A stretch of 64,000 nucleotides of DNA, taken from positions 5,870,497 to 5,934,496 of the forward strand of contig NC_081387.1 in assembly GCF_030684315.1 (NCBI RefSeq). Reading direction: 5' to 3'. The notes beneath the pieces were generated by a model. That model was not told the DNA's origin, made no database searches, and was given only the letters and a program-made list of their open reading frames with translations. The DNA is from Stegostoma tigrinum. Taxonomy: Eukaryota. Position numbers and translations under genes: made by a program. Shown here piece by piece: positions 37,480 through 49,392 of the stretch. Every line of letters begins with the position of its first letter. The first letter of the stretch is position 1.

Positions 37480-40370
37480 TCAAATTTCTGTGACCATATG
37501 CATGTCCAGCAGTCTCTTAAATGACCCCAATGACCTTGCTTCCACAACTGCTGCTGGCAACGCATTCCATGCTCTCACAACTCTCTGCGTAAAGAACCTG
37601 CCTCTGACATCCCCTCTATACTTTCCACCAACCAGCTTAAAACTATGACCCCTCGTGCTAGCCATTTCTGCCCTGGGAAATAGTCTCTGGCTATCGACTC
37701 TATCTATGCCTCTCATTATCTTGTATACCTCAATTAGGTCCCCTCTCCTCCTCCTTTTCTCCAATGAAAAGAGACCGAGCTCAGTCAACCTCTCTTCATA
37801 AGATAAGCCCTCCAGTCCAGGCAGCATCCTGGTAAACCTCCTCTGAACCCTCTCCAAAGCATCCACATCTTTCCTATAATAGGGCGCCCAGAACTGGACG
37901 CAGTATTCCAAGTGCGGTCTAACCAAAGTTTTATAGAGCTGCAACAAGATCTCACGACTCTTAAACTCAATCCCCCTGTTAATGAAAGCCAAAACACCAT
38001 ATGCTTTCTTAACAACCCTGTCCACTTGGGTGGCCATTTTAAGGGATCTATGTATCTGCACACCAAGATCCCTCTGTTCCTCCACGCTGCCAAGAATCCT
38101 ATCCTTAATCCTGTACTCAGCTTTCAAATTCGACCTTCCAAAATGCATCACCTCGCATTTATCCAGGTTGAACTCCATCTGCCACCTCTCAGCCCATCTC
38201 TGCATCCTGTCAATGTCCCGCTGCAGCCTACAACAGCCCTCTACACTGTCAACGACACCTCCGACCTTTGTGTCGTCTGCAAACTTGCTGACCCATCCTT
38301 CAATTCCCTCGTCCAAGTCATTAATAAAAATTACAAACAGTAGAGGCCCAAGGACAGAGCCCTGTGGAACCCCACTCACCACTGACTTCCAGGCAGAATA
38401 TTTTCCTTCTACTACCACTCGCTGTCTTCTGTTGGCCAGCCAATTCTGTATCCAAGCAGCTAAGTTCCCCTGTATCCCATTCCTCCTGACCTTCTGAATG
38501 AGCCTTCCATGGGGAACCTTATCAAATGCCTTACTGAAGTCCATATACACCACATCCACAGCTTGACCCTCATCAACCTTACTAGTCACATCCTCAAAAA
38601 ACTCGATAAGGTTTGTAAGGCATGACCTACCCCTCACAAAGCCGTGTTGACTGTATTTGATCAAGCCATGCTCTTCCAGATGGTCATAAATCTTATCCCT
38701 CAGAATCCTTTCTAACACCTTGCAGACGACAGACGTGAGACTTACCGGTCTATAATTGCCGGGGATTTCCCTATTTCCTTTCTTGAAGAGAGGAATTACA
38801 TTTGCCTCTCTCCAGTCCTCAGGTACGACTCCAGTGGAGAGCGAGGATGCAAAGATCTTCGCAAGTGGCGAAGCAATTGCATTTCTCGCTTCCCAAAGCA
38901 GCCGAGGACAAATCTGATCCGGGCCTGGCGACTTGTCAATCTTAATGTTTGACAAAATTTTCAGTACATCAGCTTCCTCTATCTCTATCCATTCCAGCAT
39001 GCACACCTGCTCTTCAAAGGTTTCATTCACTACACAGGTCGTTTCTTTCGTAAAGACAGAAGCAAAAAACTCATTTAGGGCTTCCCCTACCTCCTCAGGC
39101 TCCACACACAAGTTCCCTATGCTATCCCTGATCGGCCCTACTCTTTCTTTGACCATTCTCTTATTCCTCACGTAAGTGTAAAATGCCTTTGTGTTTTCCC
39201 GGATTCCTTCTGCCAAGCCTTTCTCGTGCCCCCTCCTGGCTCTCCTCAGACCATTTTTGAGCTCCTTCCTTGCCTGCATGTAATCCTCTCTAGCTGAACT
39301 TGACCCTAGCTTCCTCCACCTTATGTAAGCTACCTTCTTCCTTTTCACTAGAAGCTCCACCGCTCTCGTCATCCAAGGTTCCTTTATCTTACCCCGTCTT
39401 GCCTGTCTCAGAGGGACATATTTACTCATCACTCCCAACAACTGTTCCTTAAACCATCTCCACATGTCTATAGTTCCCTTACCATGGAACAACTGCTCCC
39501 AGTCCATGCTTCCTAACTCGTGTCTAATCGCATCATAGTTTCCTCTTCCCCAATTAAATATCCTCCCATTCTGCCTAATCCTCTCCTTCTCCATAGCTAT
39601 GTAGAATGAGAGAGTGTTATGGTCACTATCACCAAAATGCTCTCCCACCACAAGATCTGATACCTGCCCCGGCTCGTTTCCGAGCACCAAGTCTAGAATG
39701 GCCTCTCCCCTCGTCGGCCTGTCAACGTACTGCGTTAGGAAACCCTCCTGAACACACCTTACAAAAACAGCTCCATTCAAATCTTCTGCTCGAAGGAGGT
39801 TCCAATCAATATTAGGAAAGTTAAAGTCACCCATTACAACAACCCTACTGCGTCCACACTTTTCCAAAATCTGTCGACCTATGCTTTCTACAATCTCCCT
39901 GCTGCTATTGGGGGGCCTGTAGTAAACCCCTAACGAGGTGACTACTCCCTTGCTGTTCCTAATTTCCACCCATACTGACTCAGTAGGCAGATCTTCCTCG
40001 ACAATGGAAGCTTCTGTAGCTGTGATACCCTCTCTGATTAGTAGTGCTACACCCCCTCCTCTTTTTCCCCCCTCCCTATTCTTTTTAAATGTTCTAAACC
40101 CTGGAATATCCAGCAACCATTCCAGCCCATGAGAAACCCATGTCTCTGTTATGGCCACAACATCATAGCACCAGGTACTGATCCATGCTCTAAGTTCATC
40201 ACTTTTATTCCTGATACTCCTTGCATTAAAGCAAACACACTTTAACCAATCCCTTGGTTCCTTCCCAGGAAAATCCTTCCCACTAGCTGGTCTACCTCTT
40301 GCTACTGCCTCACCTGCATCAACGCTCACCTCTGGTATACAGCTCAGGTTCCCACCCCCCTGCCATACTA
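37480..40370 (-). CDS. CR1 ORF2: APE endonuclease + reverse transcriptase
   Basis: NARS, ITETW, MGDFN, SDH; DFSKAFD, GVPQGS, FADD. Open to the stop at 37480; true start uncertain. Confidence 0.95.
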
Positions 40371-41330
40371 GTTTAAACCCTCTCGAACTACTCGAGCAAA
40401 CCTTCCACCCAGGACATTGGTCCCCTTCCAGTTCAGATGCAACCCGTCCTTCTTGTACAGGTCCCACCTTCCCCAGAAGGCATCCCAATTATCAACATAT
40501 CTGAAACCCTCCCTCCTACACCAGCTGCGTAGCCACGTGTTCAGCTGCGCCCGCTCCCTGTTCCTCACCTCGCTATCTCGTGGCACCGGTAGTAAACCAG
40601 AGAACACTACTCTGTTCGTCCTGCTCTGCAGCTTCCATCCTAACGCCCTGAAATCACTTTTTATATCCTCAAACCTATTTCTGGCTATATCATTTGTGCC
40701 AATATGTAACACGATTTCTGGCTGTTCACCCTCCCCTTTCAGAACTTTATACACCCGATCGGAGACGTCCCGGACCCTGGCACCAGGGAGGCAACATACC
40801 TTCCGGGAATCCCGATCTTGCCCACAAAATCTCCTGTCGATTCCCCTAACTATCGAGTCCCCTACCACGAGTACTTTTCTATTCTGCCCCCTTCCCTTCT
40901 TTGCCACAGTGTCAGGCTCAGTGCCAGAGAACTGACTACTATGGCTTTCCTCTGGTAGGTCAACCCCCCCAGCAGTATCCAAAACGGTATACTTATTGCT
41001 GAGGGGAATGCCCACAGGGGATCTCTGCACTGTCTGTCTGTCCCCTTTCCTCCCCCTAACTGTAACCCATCTATCCTCGTCCTGAGCCTTAGGAGTGACC
41101 AACTCCCGATAACTCCTCTCAATTACCCCCTCTGCCTCCCGAATGATCCGTAGTTCATCCAGCTCCAGCTCCATTTCCCTAACACGGTTTTCAAGGAGCT
41201 GTAGCTGGGTGCACTTCCCGCAGATGTAGCCAGCGGAGACGTGTGCCACATCTCCCAACTGCCACATTTTGCAGGAGGAGCAAGCAACTGCCCTAGCATC
41301 CATACCCCACTTATCTGAACACCCACTCAA
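40368..41330 (-). CDS. CR1 ORF1: zinc finger, coiled coil, SGNH esterase
   Basis: CSSC..CGKC, heptad repeats, GDS / PGA / GTND / DGLH blocks. Confidence 0.93.
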   Translation of the reverse strand: MSGCSDKWGMDARAVACSSCKMWQLGDVAHVSAGYICGKCTQLQLLENRVREMELELDELRIIREAEGVIERSYRELVTPKAQDEDRWVTVRGRKGDRQTVQRSPVGIPLSNKYTVLDTAGGVDLPEESHSSQFSGTEPDTVAKKGRGQNRKVLVVGDSIVRGIDRRFCGQDRDSRKVCCLPGARVRDVSDRVYKVLKGEGEQPEIVLHIGTNDIARNRFEDIKSDFRALGWKLQSRTNRVVFSGLLPVPRDSEVRNRERAQLNTWLRSWCRREGFRYVDNWDAFWGRWDLYKKDGLHLNWKGTNVLGGRFARVVREGLN

Positions 41331-41700
41331 TACTAAAGCAGAAAGCTCACTTCAAGTAATAATAACAAATTAATAACAAACTTATGTTCAATAGAGAAAG
41401 TTTAGAATGAACCTTACCTTATTAACTAGGTTAGAGGAGGAGGGCGGGTGGGAGACACTACAGTTGTAGAGTCTCGGGTTAAGCCGCCTTGCTGATATAT
41501 ATGGTCACTGCTTTCCTTCCCGGCTGCCCCTCTGGTCCTCGTCACTTCCTCTGATGCTCCCGCTCCTTCTCTGAAAGAGGAAAAAAAAAACACCGCTGCC
41601 CGCTACCGGTAAGTAATTTAAAAATAAACTGCTTTACCTTAGCTGCAGTCTTCCGGGTCCGTCTTGCCTCCGCTGCTGCTCGCACTCAAAAAGAATGTTA

Positions 41701-41890
41701 GAGATAATGGGAACTGCAGATGCTGGAGATTCCAAGATAATAAAATGTGAGGCTGGATGAACACAGCAGGCCAAGCAGCATCTCAGGAGCACAAAAGCTG
41801 ACGTTTCGGGCCTAGACCCCGAAACGTCAGCTTTTGTGCTCCTGAGATGCTGCTTGGCCTGCTGTGTTCATCCAGCCTCACATTTTATTA
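41701..41890. mobile_element. Penelope-derived hairpin insertion
   Basis: Perfect ~75-bp inverted arms; 14-bp TSD tccctagaatgtta whose left copy is split by the CR1. Confidence 0.8.
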
Positions 41891-42139
41891 TCCCTAGAAT
41901 GTTATCCAGGTCTCTAGATTGATAGACCAGCAATAATACCGCTCAGCCATTGCCTCACCTGATGACAAAATTAATCAACAAAGTGATGTGAATGAGCAAT
42001 GCTGGGGCTCTGTCCACATTGCATGTAGCTCCTGGTCTTTCAAAGTCTAAGCTCATATTTGAGTTGAAAGACTCTGTGTAACAGATATCAAGCTGCAATC
42101 TTCAATTACAGGTGATACAGGATTGGATTGTGTGGAACA

Positions 42140-45100
42140 ATGAGTCACGGAGAAAGAGTGGTGATGGAACAGGCAGCTCTGGGCCGTCCTTTCCAACTGG
42201 GAATGCTGTACGACTGCCGATCTGACTGTCTGATCCCAGGTAACACAATCCAACTGACTGTAGGGCAACAGAAGCAAATTTCTATCAAATCATATAATTG
42301 ACACCATGTGATTGTCTACTAATCTCGGTAACATCTCTGTGATCCTCACAATTTATTTCTTCAATCTATCCTGTTATTATTGAATACTGGGACAGGTAAA
42401 CCGCAAATATACTGCACATAATAGATATTATCTGCTCTGCACTGCATCTGTTTTTCTCCTTTCTCATCCACCTTGTTCACGTTGATATTAATGTATGATG
42501 ATTGTTATATCTGCAGGGGTCACACTGTGGGATTTAGAGAAATTACAACCTCACGTACAATCTCAGCGTAACACTGAGTTTCACATCATTGCATCTGACT
42601 CCACTGATAAAAAAGCCTCTGCGCTGAATGTGCATGGATCACTGAAAGCAAGTTTCCTGGGTGGTTTGGTGGAGGTGACAGGATCAGCGAAGTATCTCAA
42701 CGACACAAAGAAATCGAGGCAACAGGCCCGAGTGACCCTCCAGTACCGAACAACAACCAAGTTTGAGCAGCTGACAATGAACAGCTTGGGGCAACAGAAA
42801 ATAACCTACCCGAATGTGTTTGATGAGGGAACAGCAACTCATGTGGTTACAGCAGTGCTGTACGGGGCTCAGGCTTTCTTTGTGTTTGATCAAGAGGTCT
42901 CTTCGACAGAGAACATACGGGATATTCAGGGTAACCTGGAGGGGATGATTAAAAAAATTCCTTGTATTGCAGTTGAGGGTCAGATCTCCCTAGAATTGAC
43001 AGAGGAACAAAAATCCAATGTCCAAAAATTCAGCTGCACCTTTTATGGAGATTTCTTCCTGGAAAACAATCCCAGCACATTCCAAGATGCTATCAAAATC
43101 TACACAACCCTCCCAAAGTTACTGGGAGCGGATGGAGAGCACGCAGTGCCCATGAGAGTCTGGCTCTACCCACTCGACAAACTGGACTCTAAAGCTGCTC
43201 AACTGGTACGGGACATAAGTATTGGATTGGTCAATGACTGCCAGTCTGTGCTGGAGCAGCTCAATGAGATCGAAATGAGATGTAATGATATGTCGAAAGA
43301 CAGTATCACGGTTCAATTTCCAGAGGTTCGGAACAGGATACTGAAATTTCGAGAGATGTGTCAGGAGTATAAACTGGTTTTCCAGAAGGCTTTATGCAGA
43401 GTGTTGCCGTCTATCCGTGGAGGTGGTGCAGAGGAAGGGTTGCTGGTGGATATTCTGAAGAACAAGGAACGGTCACCGTTCAAACACCAGGCACTGGTCA
43501 AATGGCTCGATGGTAAGGAGCGGGAAATGAATGTGCTGAGATCATTTCTCATAATATTGAAAGATATACCCATTGTGAAATCGAGGGGTGAGATGGATAG
43601 GGAACTCTTGGATCCAGAGGCAGAGAATGTGGTCTGTTTCACATTCACATCACTGCATCAAGAGGATTTCTATCTGTCAGAAGCAGGCAGATACCTAAAA
43701 TCTCTCACAGCTGAGAAAATGCAGATCCCAGATCCTGCTACCCAGATTAGTGCAGAACATCACAACCAGCAGTGGTTTCACTCAGAGTCTGTATCACAGA
43801 AGATGAGGGCGCTCTCTCGTTTATTCCGGGATTTTGCCACAGAAAACAGAGTAGAAAGGAAAACAAAGTTCATTGTTGCGTCAGTGCAGGATGACAGTAA
43901 TGTGGGATCATCGATTTACCTGTATGAGGGAGGGTTTGTGGTGAATTGCTGCTTCAAACCCCCATCACAGCCGGAGAGACCCGTGGTCAGTGGAGTAACA
44001 CATGACAGTGTGACTCTCCAATTACAGCCACCGAGATGCGATGCTGGTGAGATTGTTGGGTACAGGGTGGAATACCGAAACACCCAACAGGAGGAATTGA
44101 AAACTGTGGATACACCCAATAAATCCAAATCCTTCACAATCCCCAGGTTACAGCCGCACCAGAAATATCAATTCCAATACAGAGCAGTGACCAAGGCAGG
44201 GGTCAGCGTGGCCAGTGAGAGCTCCAGTGTCACCACACGTCCCACAGGCCCACCTGGTAACCCCTCCACACTCCAGGTTGACTGGTGTGACGTAACACTC
44301 ACCTGGGACAGGCCGACTGAGATTGGAGCCAGTGTTAATATTGTTCAGTACAGGATAGAATATAGGGAAGGAAAGGCAGTTCGCTCCAACACAGAGAATG
44401 GATTGTGGGAGGAAGTAAAGACAAGAGGCTGTGAATGTCATTGTACTTTAGAGGGACTGAAACCCAAGACATGCTACAGACTGCGAGTGTCTGCTGACTG
44501 TGGAGAAGGTGGCTCTAGTGAACCAAGTGAGGAGGTTCTCATAGAAACAGAAAATCAACCCAAGAGACTGGCTGTGAAACTTCATAAAGAAAGTACATTA
44601 ACAACCAAAGGGAACCCTTCCATTTACACACTGCGCTTACAGAAGAAGATACTGGACAAAGCTGGACACCTTGTACGTTGCACCTTTGGAAAACCCTCCA
44701 AAAAACACAGTGGAAGGACAATCATGGTCCTTGGAGCAACAGGAGCAGGAAAAACAACCCTCATCAATGGAATGATCAATTACATCCTGGGTGTGAAATG
44801 GGAGGACAAATTCAGATACAAATTGATCAATGAAGGGACAGGAAGATCCCAGGCTGAAAGTCAGACATCATCAATCACTGCCTATCAACTGCACCATCGA
44901 GAAGGATTCCAGATTGATTACTCTCTCACTATCATTGACACTCCAGGGTTTGGAGACACCAGGGGGATATCCCGAGATAAATTGCTCACTGAGCAGATCC
45001 AAGAGTTCTTCACTTCCCCAGATGGTGTTGATCAGATCGATGCTGTGTGTTTCGTTGCTCAAGGCTCTATGGCTCGTCTGACCCATACACAGAAATATGT

Positions 45101-46289
45101 CTTTGATTCAATTCTTTCTATTTTTGGCAAAGACATTGCAGAGAACATCAGAATCCTGGTGACATTTGCAGATGGGCAGATTCCCCCTGTTCTGGAGGCC
45201 ATCAATGTTGCTGAGGTACCGTGTCCCAAAGATAAAAAAGGTTTTCCAGTTCACTTCAAGTTCAACAATTCGGCCATATTTGCTCAAAGACCAATTTCTG
45301 GTGACTCTGTCAATAAGAGGGACCCTGATGGGAGCAGTGAGGAGGAGGAGGAGAGCAATAGCTTTGATGCAATGTTCTGGAAGATGGGATCAATCAGCAT
45401 GAGGAAATTCTTTTCAGCTCTGAGCAAAATGGAAACAAAGAGTTTACGTTTGACAAAGGAGGTCCTGAGAGAGAGGCAGCAGCTGGAGGCTGCGATAGAG
45501 GGATTGCAGCCTCAGATTAAAATGGGGTTGACCAAAGTGGAGGAGCTCAGGAAGACACAACAAGCTTTGAACCAACATCAGGTCGATCTGGATGCAAACA
45601 AAGATTTTGAGTATGAGGTTGAAGTCACAGTTCCGGTACAGACTGATATCAGTGGGAGTGGTCATTTCATAACTAACTGTCAGAAATGTCACTTCACCTG
45701 CCACTATCCTTGTGCCATTCCTAATGATAGTGATAAAAGGGGATGTGCAGCAATGGGGCACAATGGATACTGCAGAGTCTGTCCAAGTAAATGTGTGTGG
45801 TCTATTCATTTTAACCAAAAGTACAAGTTTGACTATGAAACCAGAAAGGAGAAGAAAACGTATAAAGAGCTAAAGGAAAAATATGAGAAAGCATCTGGTG
45901 AAAAGATGACACAAGAAAAGGTCATGAAGAAACTTCAGCAGGAGTTAGATGGTGTGCAGCAAGTGGTTTTCAAACTGATTGAAACATCATCTCAGTGCAT
46001 TTTAAGACTTGAGGAAATAGCTCTCAGACCAAACCCATTATCAACTCCAGAATACATTGACCTGCTGATTCAATCTGAGAAAGAGGAAGCGAAACCGGGA
46101 TTCCTGGAGAGAATCCAGTCACTGAATGAAGTCAAACAACAGGCTGAGATAATGGCAAAAATATCCAGACAAGAGGAGCTGTGCCCAAAAGAATATGGAG
46201 GCAAAGCAGCAGACGGTAAGAAAGGACTTCGGGAAAGATTGAAAGAGAAGTTTTCTGACGTGTGCAATTGGTTTCAGCTTTCAAAATAA
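42140..46289 (+). CDS. Stonustoxin-like MACPF/CDC - helical - thioredoxin-like - 2x FN3 - AIG1/septin-class GTPase - Cys-rich - coiled-coil protein; exons 42140-42239 and 42517-46289, about 1290 aa
   Basis: Exon 1 MSHGERVVMEQAALGRPFQLGMLYDCRSDCLIP matches the stonustoxin N-terminal motif. A GT-AG phase-1 intron (42240-42516) joins it in frame to a 3.77-kb open exon containing ATHVVTAVLYGA, PMRVWLYPL, two FN3 repeats, GATGAGKT, DTPG and TFAD. Confidence 0.93.
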
Positions 46290-46306
46290 TTCACATCTCA
46301 GGCTGG

Positions 46307-46399
46307 AATAAATGAAGACAACAATGAAACATTTAGTCAACAAATGATGTCGTTCACTTGTTTCCAATGTCTGAAGCAAATAGTTAGCTCGTTAATAAA
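46307..46399 (+). terminator. Candidate polyadenylation signals of the toxin-GTPase gene
   Basis: AATAAA at 46307 and 46394, just after the stop codon. Confidence 0.5.
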
Positions 46400-46899
46400 A
46401 GAATTTCTCTCCAAAAAAATTTCCTAATTCTACTTCGCTGATTGAACCAACTCAATCCAGCTGTAACCAAAATAGAAGCAATTATTGCCTGGCCTGTATA
46501 TCTAACATACATTGCATGAGGACACAAATTTTAAATATCTTTATAATGCCGATCCAATACATAGCTGATTTGGTTGTGAGCTTACACTTCTCTATTCCAA
46601 TGTGATCACCATATATTTTCTGGTCATTCCTGAATTTTTTGGCTATGATTATTCTGGATCCCGCCAGTGGGAATACCATCTTCCACTGAGCCATCATCCT
46701 GATAGACCAGAGCAGCCGTATTGCAGGCTGCTGCAATTGATCAGGCCATCCCTGGATCTCCTGCTGATGAAGCATTTGGAACTCCTTGAATTTGTTGATC
46801 TCCCCTCTAATCTGCTTCAGTTTCAGAGCAGTGTCACCTTCACAACAGGGTGAGAATTTACACTTCGATTTTCTATCCTGTGTTTCTCCTGTGACAAAG

Positions 46900-47198
46900 G
46901 CATGATGCTCAGTGGTTAGCACTGCAGCCTCACAGTGCCAGGGACCTGGGTTTGATTCCACCCTCGGGCGACTGTCTGTTTGCACATTCTCCGTGTGTCA
47001 GCGTGGGTTTCCTCTGGGTGCTCCGGTTTCCTCCCGCAATCCAAAGATGTGCAGGTTAGGTGGATTGGCCATGCTAAATGGCCCGTTCAGGGATGTGTAG
47101 ATTAGAGAGATGGTTCTGGGTGGGATGCTGTGTGTGTCGGTGTGGACTTGTTGGGCTGAAGGGCCTGTTTCCTACGCTGTAGGGATTCTATTCTATGA
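46900..47198 (+). mobile_element. HE1-type SINE
   Basis: Full head, body and attctattctatg tail. Confidence 0.85.
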
Positions 47199-47900
47199 TA
47201 CTGAGAATCAGGTGTGTGCCAGCTCCATTTCTCTTCCCAGCTTGTATTTCAGTTTGGTATTGTAACTCCAAGACCCCAAGAAAAACATGGATCGTCTTGC
47301 TAGTGCTTTCTTGTGGGTTTGCACCATTTATCATGATGAACATCCTTACATCGACATCAACATCGAAATTCTCACATCTATATAAGTGCTCCTTTTATAT
47401 TGGCATCTCTGATCTCATCCGAGAATGAGCTTTGAATGTTAATACTGCTGTCTTTGCTTTCCTGTCCTCTATTTGTAGAGGGGCATGTTTCTTTCTCTTG
47501 GAGGAGTAGAATAAACTTAACAAATGTCATATTACCTTTTGGAGTTTCTTTGAACTTCTGTCACATGACTCTGACAAAGAGCACATGAAACCTTTTTATT
47601 ATGTGTTGTGACACATTTGATGTGATGGAGCTTGTGTATCAAGTCAAGTCAAGGAAAATTCTCAACTCTCTCAGCATTGCTAGTCCCTTTCAGCAAACTA
47701 CCAAATGGCAGTCTCTACTTCAGTTTAAACTTTTTGAATGCCTGTAAGATACAATCAGCTTCTTAATTCATTGTGAGCTTCAGCAGTGCATTCTGCTGTG
47801 TCTGTCAATGTTTTTCTTTTTCATTTCTGCACAATTCAAGATATTTTCCTTCTGGCATTAACGGGGGTTGCTTTTCCAAACCAGTATTACATTAATTTAA

Positions 47901-48017
47901 GATAATAAAATGTGAGGCTGGATGAACACAGAAGGCCCTGCTGGGCCTGCTGGGTTCATACAGCCTCACATTTTATTATCTTGGATTCTCCAGCATCTGC
48001 AGTTCCCATTATCACTG
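47901..48017. mobile_element. Penelope-derived hairpin insertion with 14-bp TSD
   Basis: Inverted arms; ttacattaatttaa at 47887-47900 and 48018-48031. Confidence 0.8.
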
Positions 48018-49111
48018 TTACATTAATTTAAAATGGTTTTGGCTTAGTCACAAGCACTTACTGCCACTATACCATGTATTCTGGTTTTCTTTGTTTCCCA
48101 AATGTTAGAAATAATCAGCTCGTAAATGTGCAAAGATGAGAAATTTTGGCGTAATATTTGCTGTTTGGCTTGGTTCTCTTACATATGCTTCTTTCATCCA
48201 GCCTGGAACATTTAGACATCAGTTGATTTCTAGGTAAGTAGTTCCTAGCCCTTTTCACACAATAGAATAGTAATTAACACAAGTACTGCCTTAGTAAAAG
48301 ACAGAGGAGCTAAACTTACATTAACATTTGGACTCAACTTTTGCTATAATTATATGGAACTGTTTCATTTATTCAGATTGTTTCCTTCAAATAATGATTC
48401 ATATGCTGTTGCTTGTGTTCACTTATTAGACAATATTATTTCAGGAAACATTGTTTTCTTTGTTAAATTTTAAAATCACACATAGCCGCTATTTTTTTCT
48501 AAGGTTATATTCTGAATTTCTTTTTGTAAGTGTGGAATTTGAACTATACAATAAGCATGTTTGTATTCTGGTTAATCTTGTTTGAATAAGCTTTGATATT
48601 AGGTTTGCAACAAGTGTTTCTATATTCCATGAGTAATTGTATTTCATGAAGTGATTTGCTTTGAAACTGTATAAAGTCTAACCAGTTATCATTGGCTTAT
48701 CAATAAAACAAATGATTTAATCCAGCTTGCTGTCATTTTTACCAGCAGCTTGGGCAAAGCTGCAGACAGACTCACTGACTAGAGTGTGGGTGCCTCACCT
48801 TGACAAATAATGTGTAAAGTTACTATTACAGTATTAAGCACCTGATACGGGTTTACCCTGAAACTGCCCTCATGCTCAGCACCAGAGATCACTCCAGCAG
48901 TGACCCTTCCAATCTGTGGAAGCCAGAGTGTGACTGTAAATGGACAGTATCTGGCAATGGATCCTGCCCCAGATATTGAACAGATGCCTTATTCTGATCA
49001 TCAGCATGTGATTGTCATTCATGGAAAAATGGGAGAATGTGTATCCAATCAGATGGTGTCATGACTATAAAGTAGGAAGCAATTTCTTGTGAACACCAAA
49101 ATAAATTTCTG

Positions 49112-49392
49112 AAACAAAAGCAGAAGTTGCTGGAAAAGCTCAGCAGGTCTGGCAGCATCTGTGAAGAGAAATCAGAGCTAACGTTTTACATCCAGTGAAG
49201 CTTCCTCAGAACAGTTTTGAGGAAGGATCTCCGGACACAAAACATTATTGCTGATTTCTCTGAGGAAAGCTCACTAGACGTAAAATGTTAGCTCTGATTT
49301 CTCTTCACAGATGCTGCCACACTTGCTGAGCTTTTCCAGCAACTTCTGCTTTTGTTTCTGATTTACAGCATCTGCAGCTCTTTTGGTTTTTA
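49112..49392. mobile_element. Penelope-derived hairpin insertion (second family)
   Basis: Inverted arms aaaagcagaagttgctggaaaagctcagc; aaatttctga on both flanks. Confidence 0.7.

Larger units (their letters stand above)
37393..41691 (-). mobile_element. Full-length CR1 LINE with intact ORF1 and ORF2
   Basis: 5' UTR, two uninterrupted ORFs, (TTCTATG)n tail, and agaat repeats at 37388-37392 and 41692-41696. Confidence 0.95.

Noticed and set aside
37785-40935. Antisense and alternate-frame ORFs within CR1
   Set aside because: Shadow ORFs of the LINE coding sequence.
42495-42516. ORF-track start MMIVISA for the large gene
   Set aside because: Intronic; the conserved family N-terminus is in the upstream exon 42140-42239.
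42140-43960. Interpretation as a venom toxin gene
   Set aside because: No PRYSPRY domain or signal peptide, and homologs occur in non-venomous vertebrates. Nothing in the sequence supports a venom role.
46900-46975. tRNA-like sequence
   Set aside because: SINE head with A/B boxes, not a tRNA gene; the same applies to the other copies.
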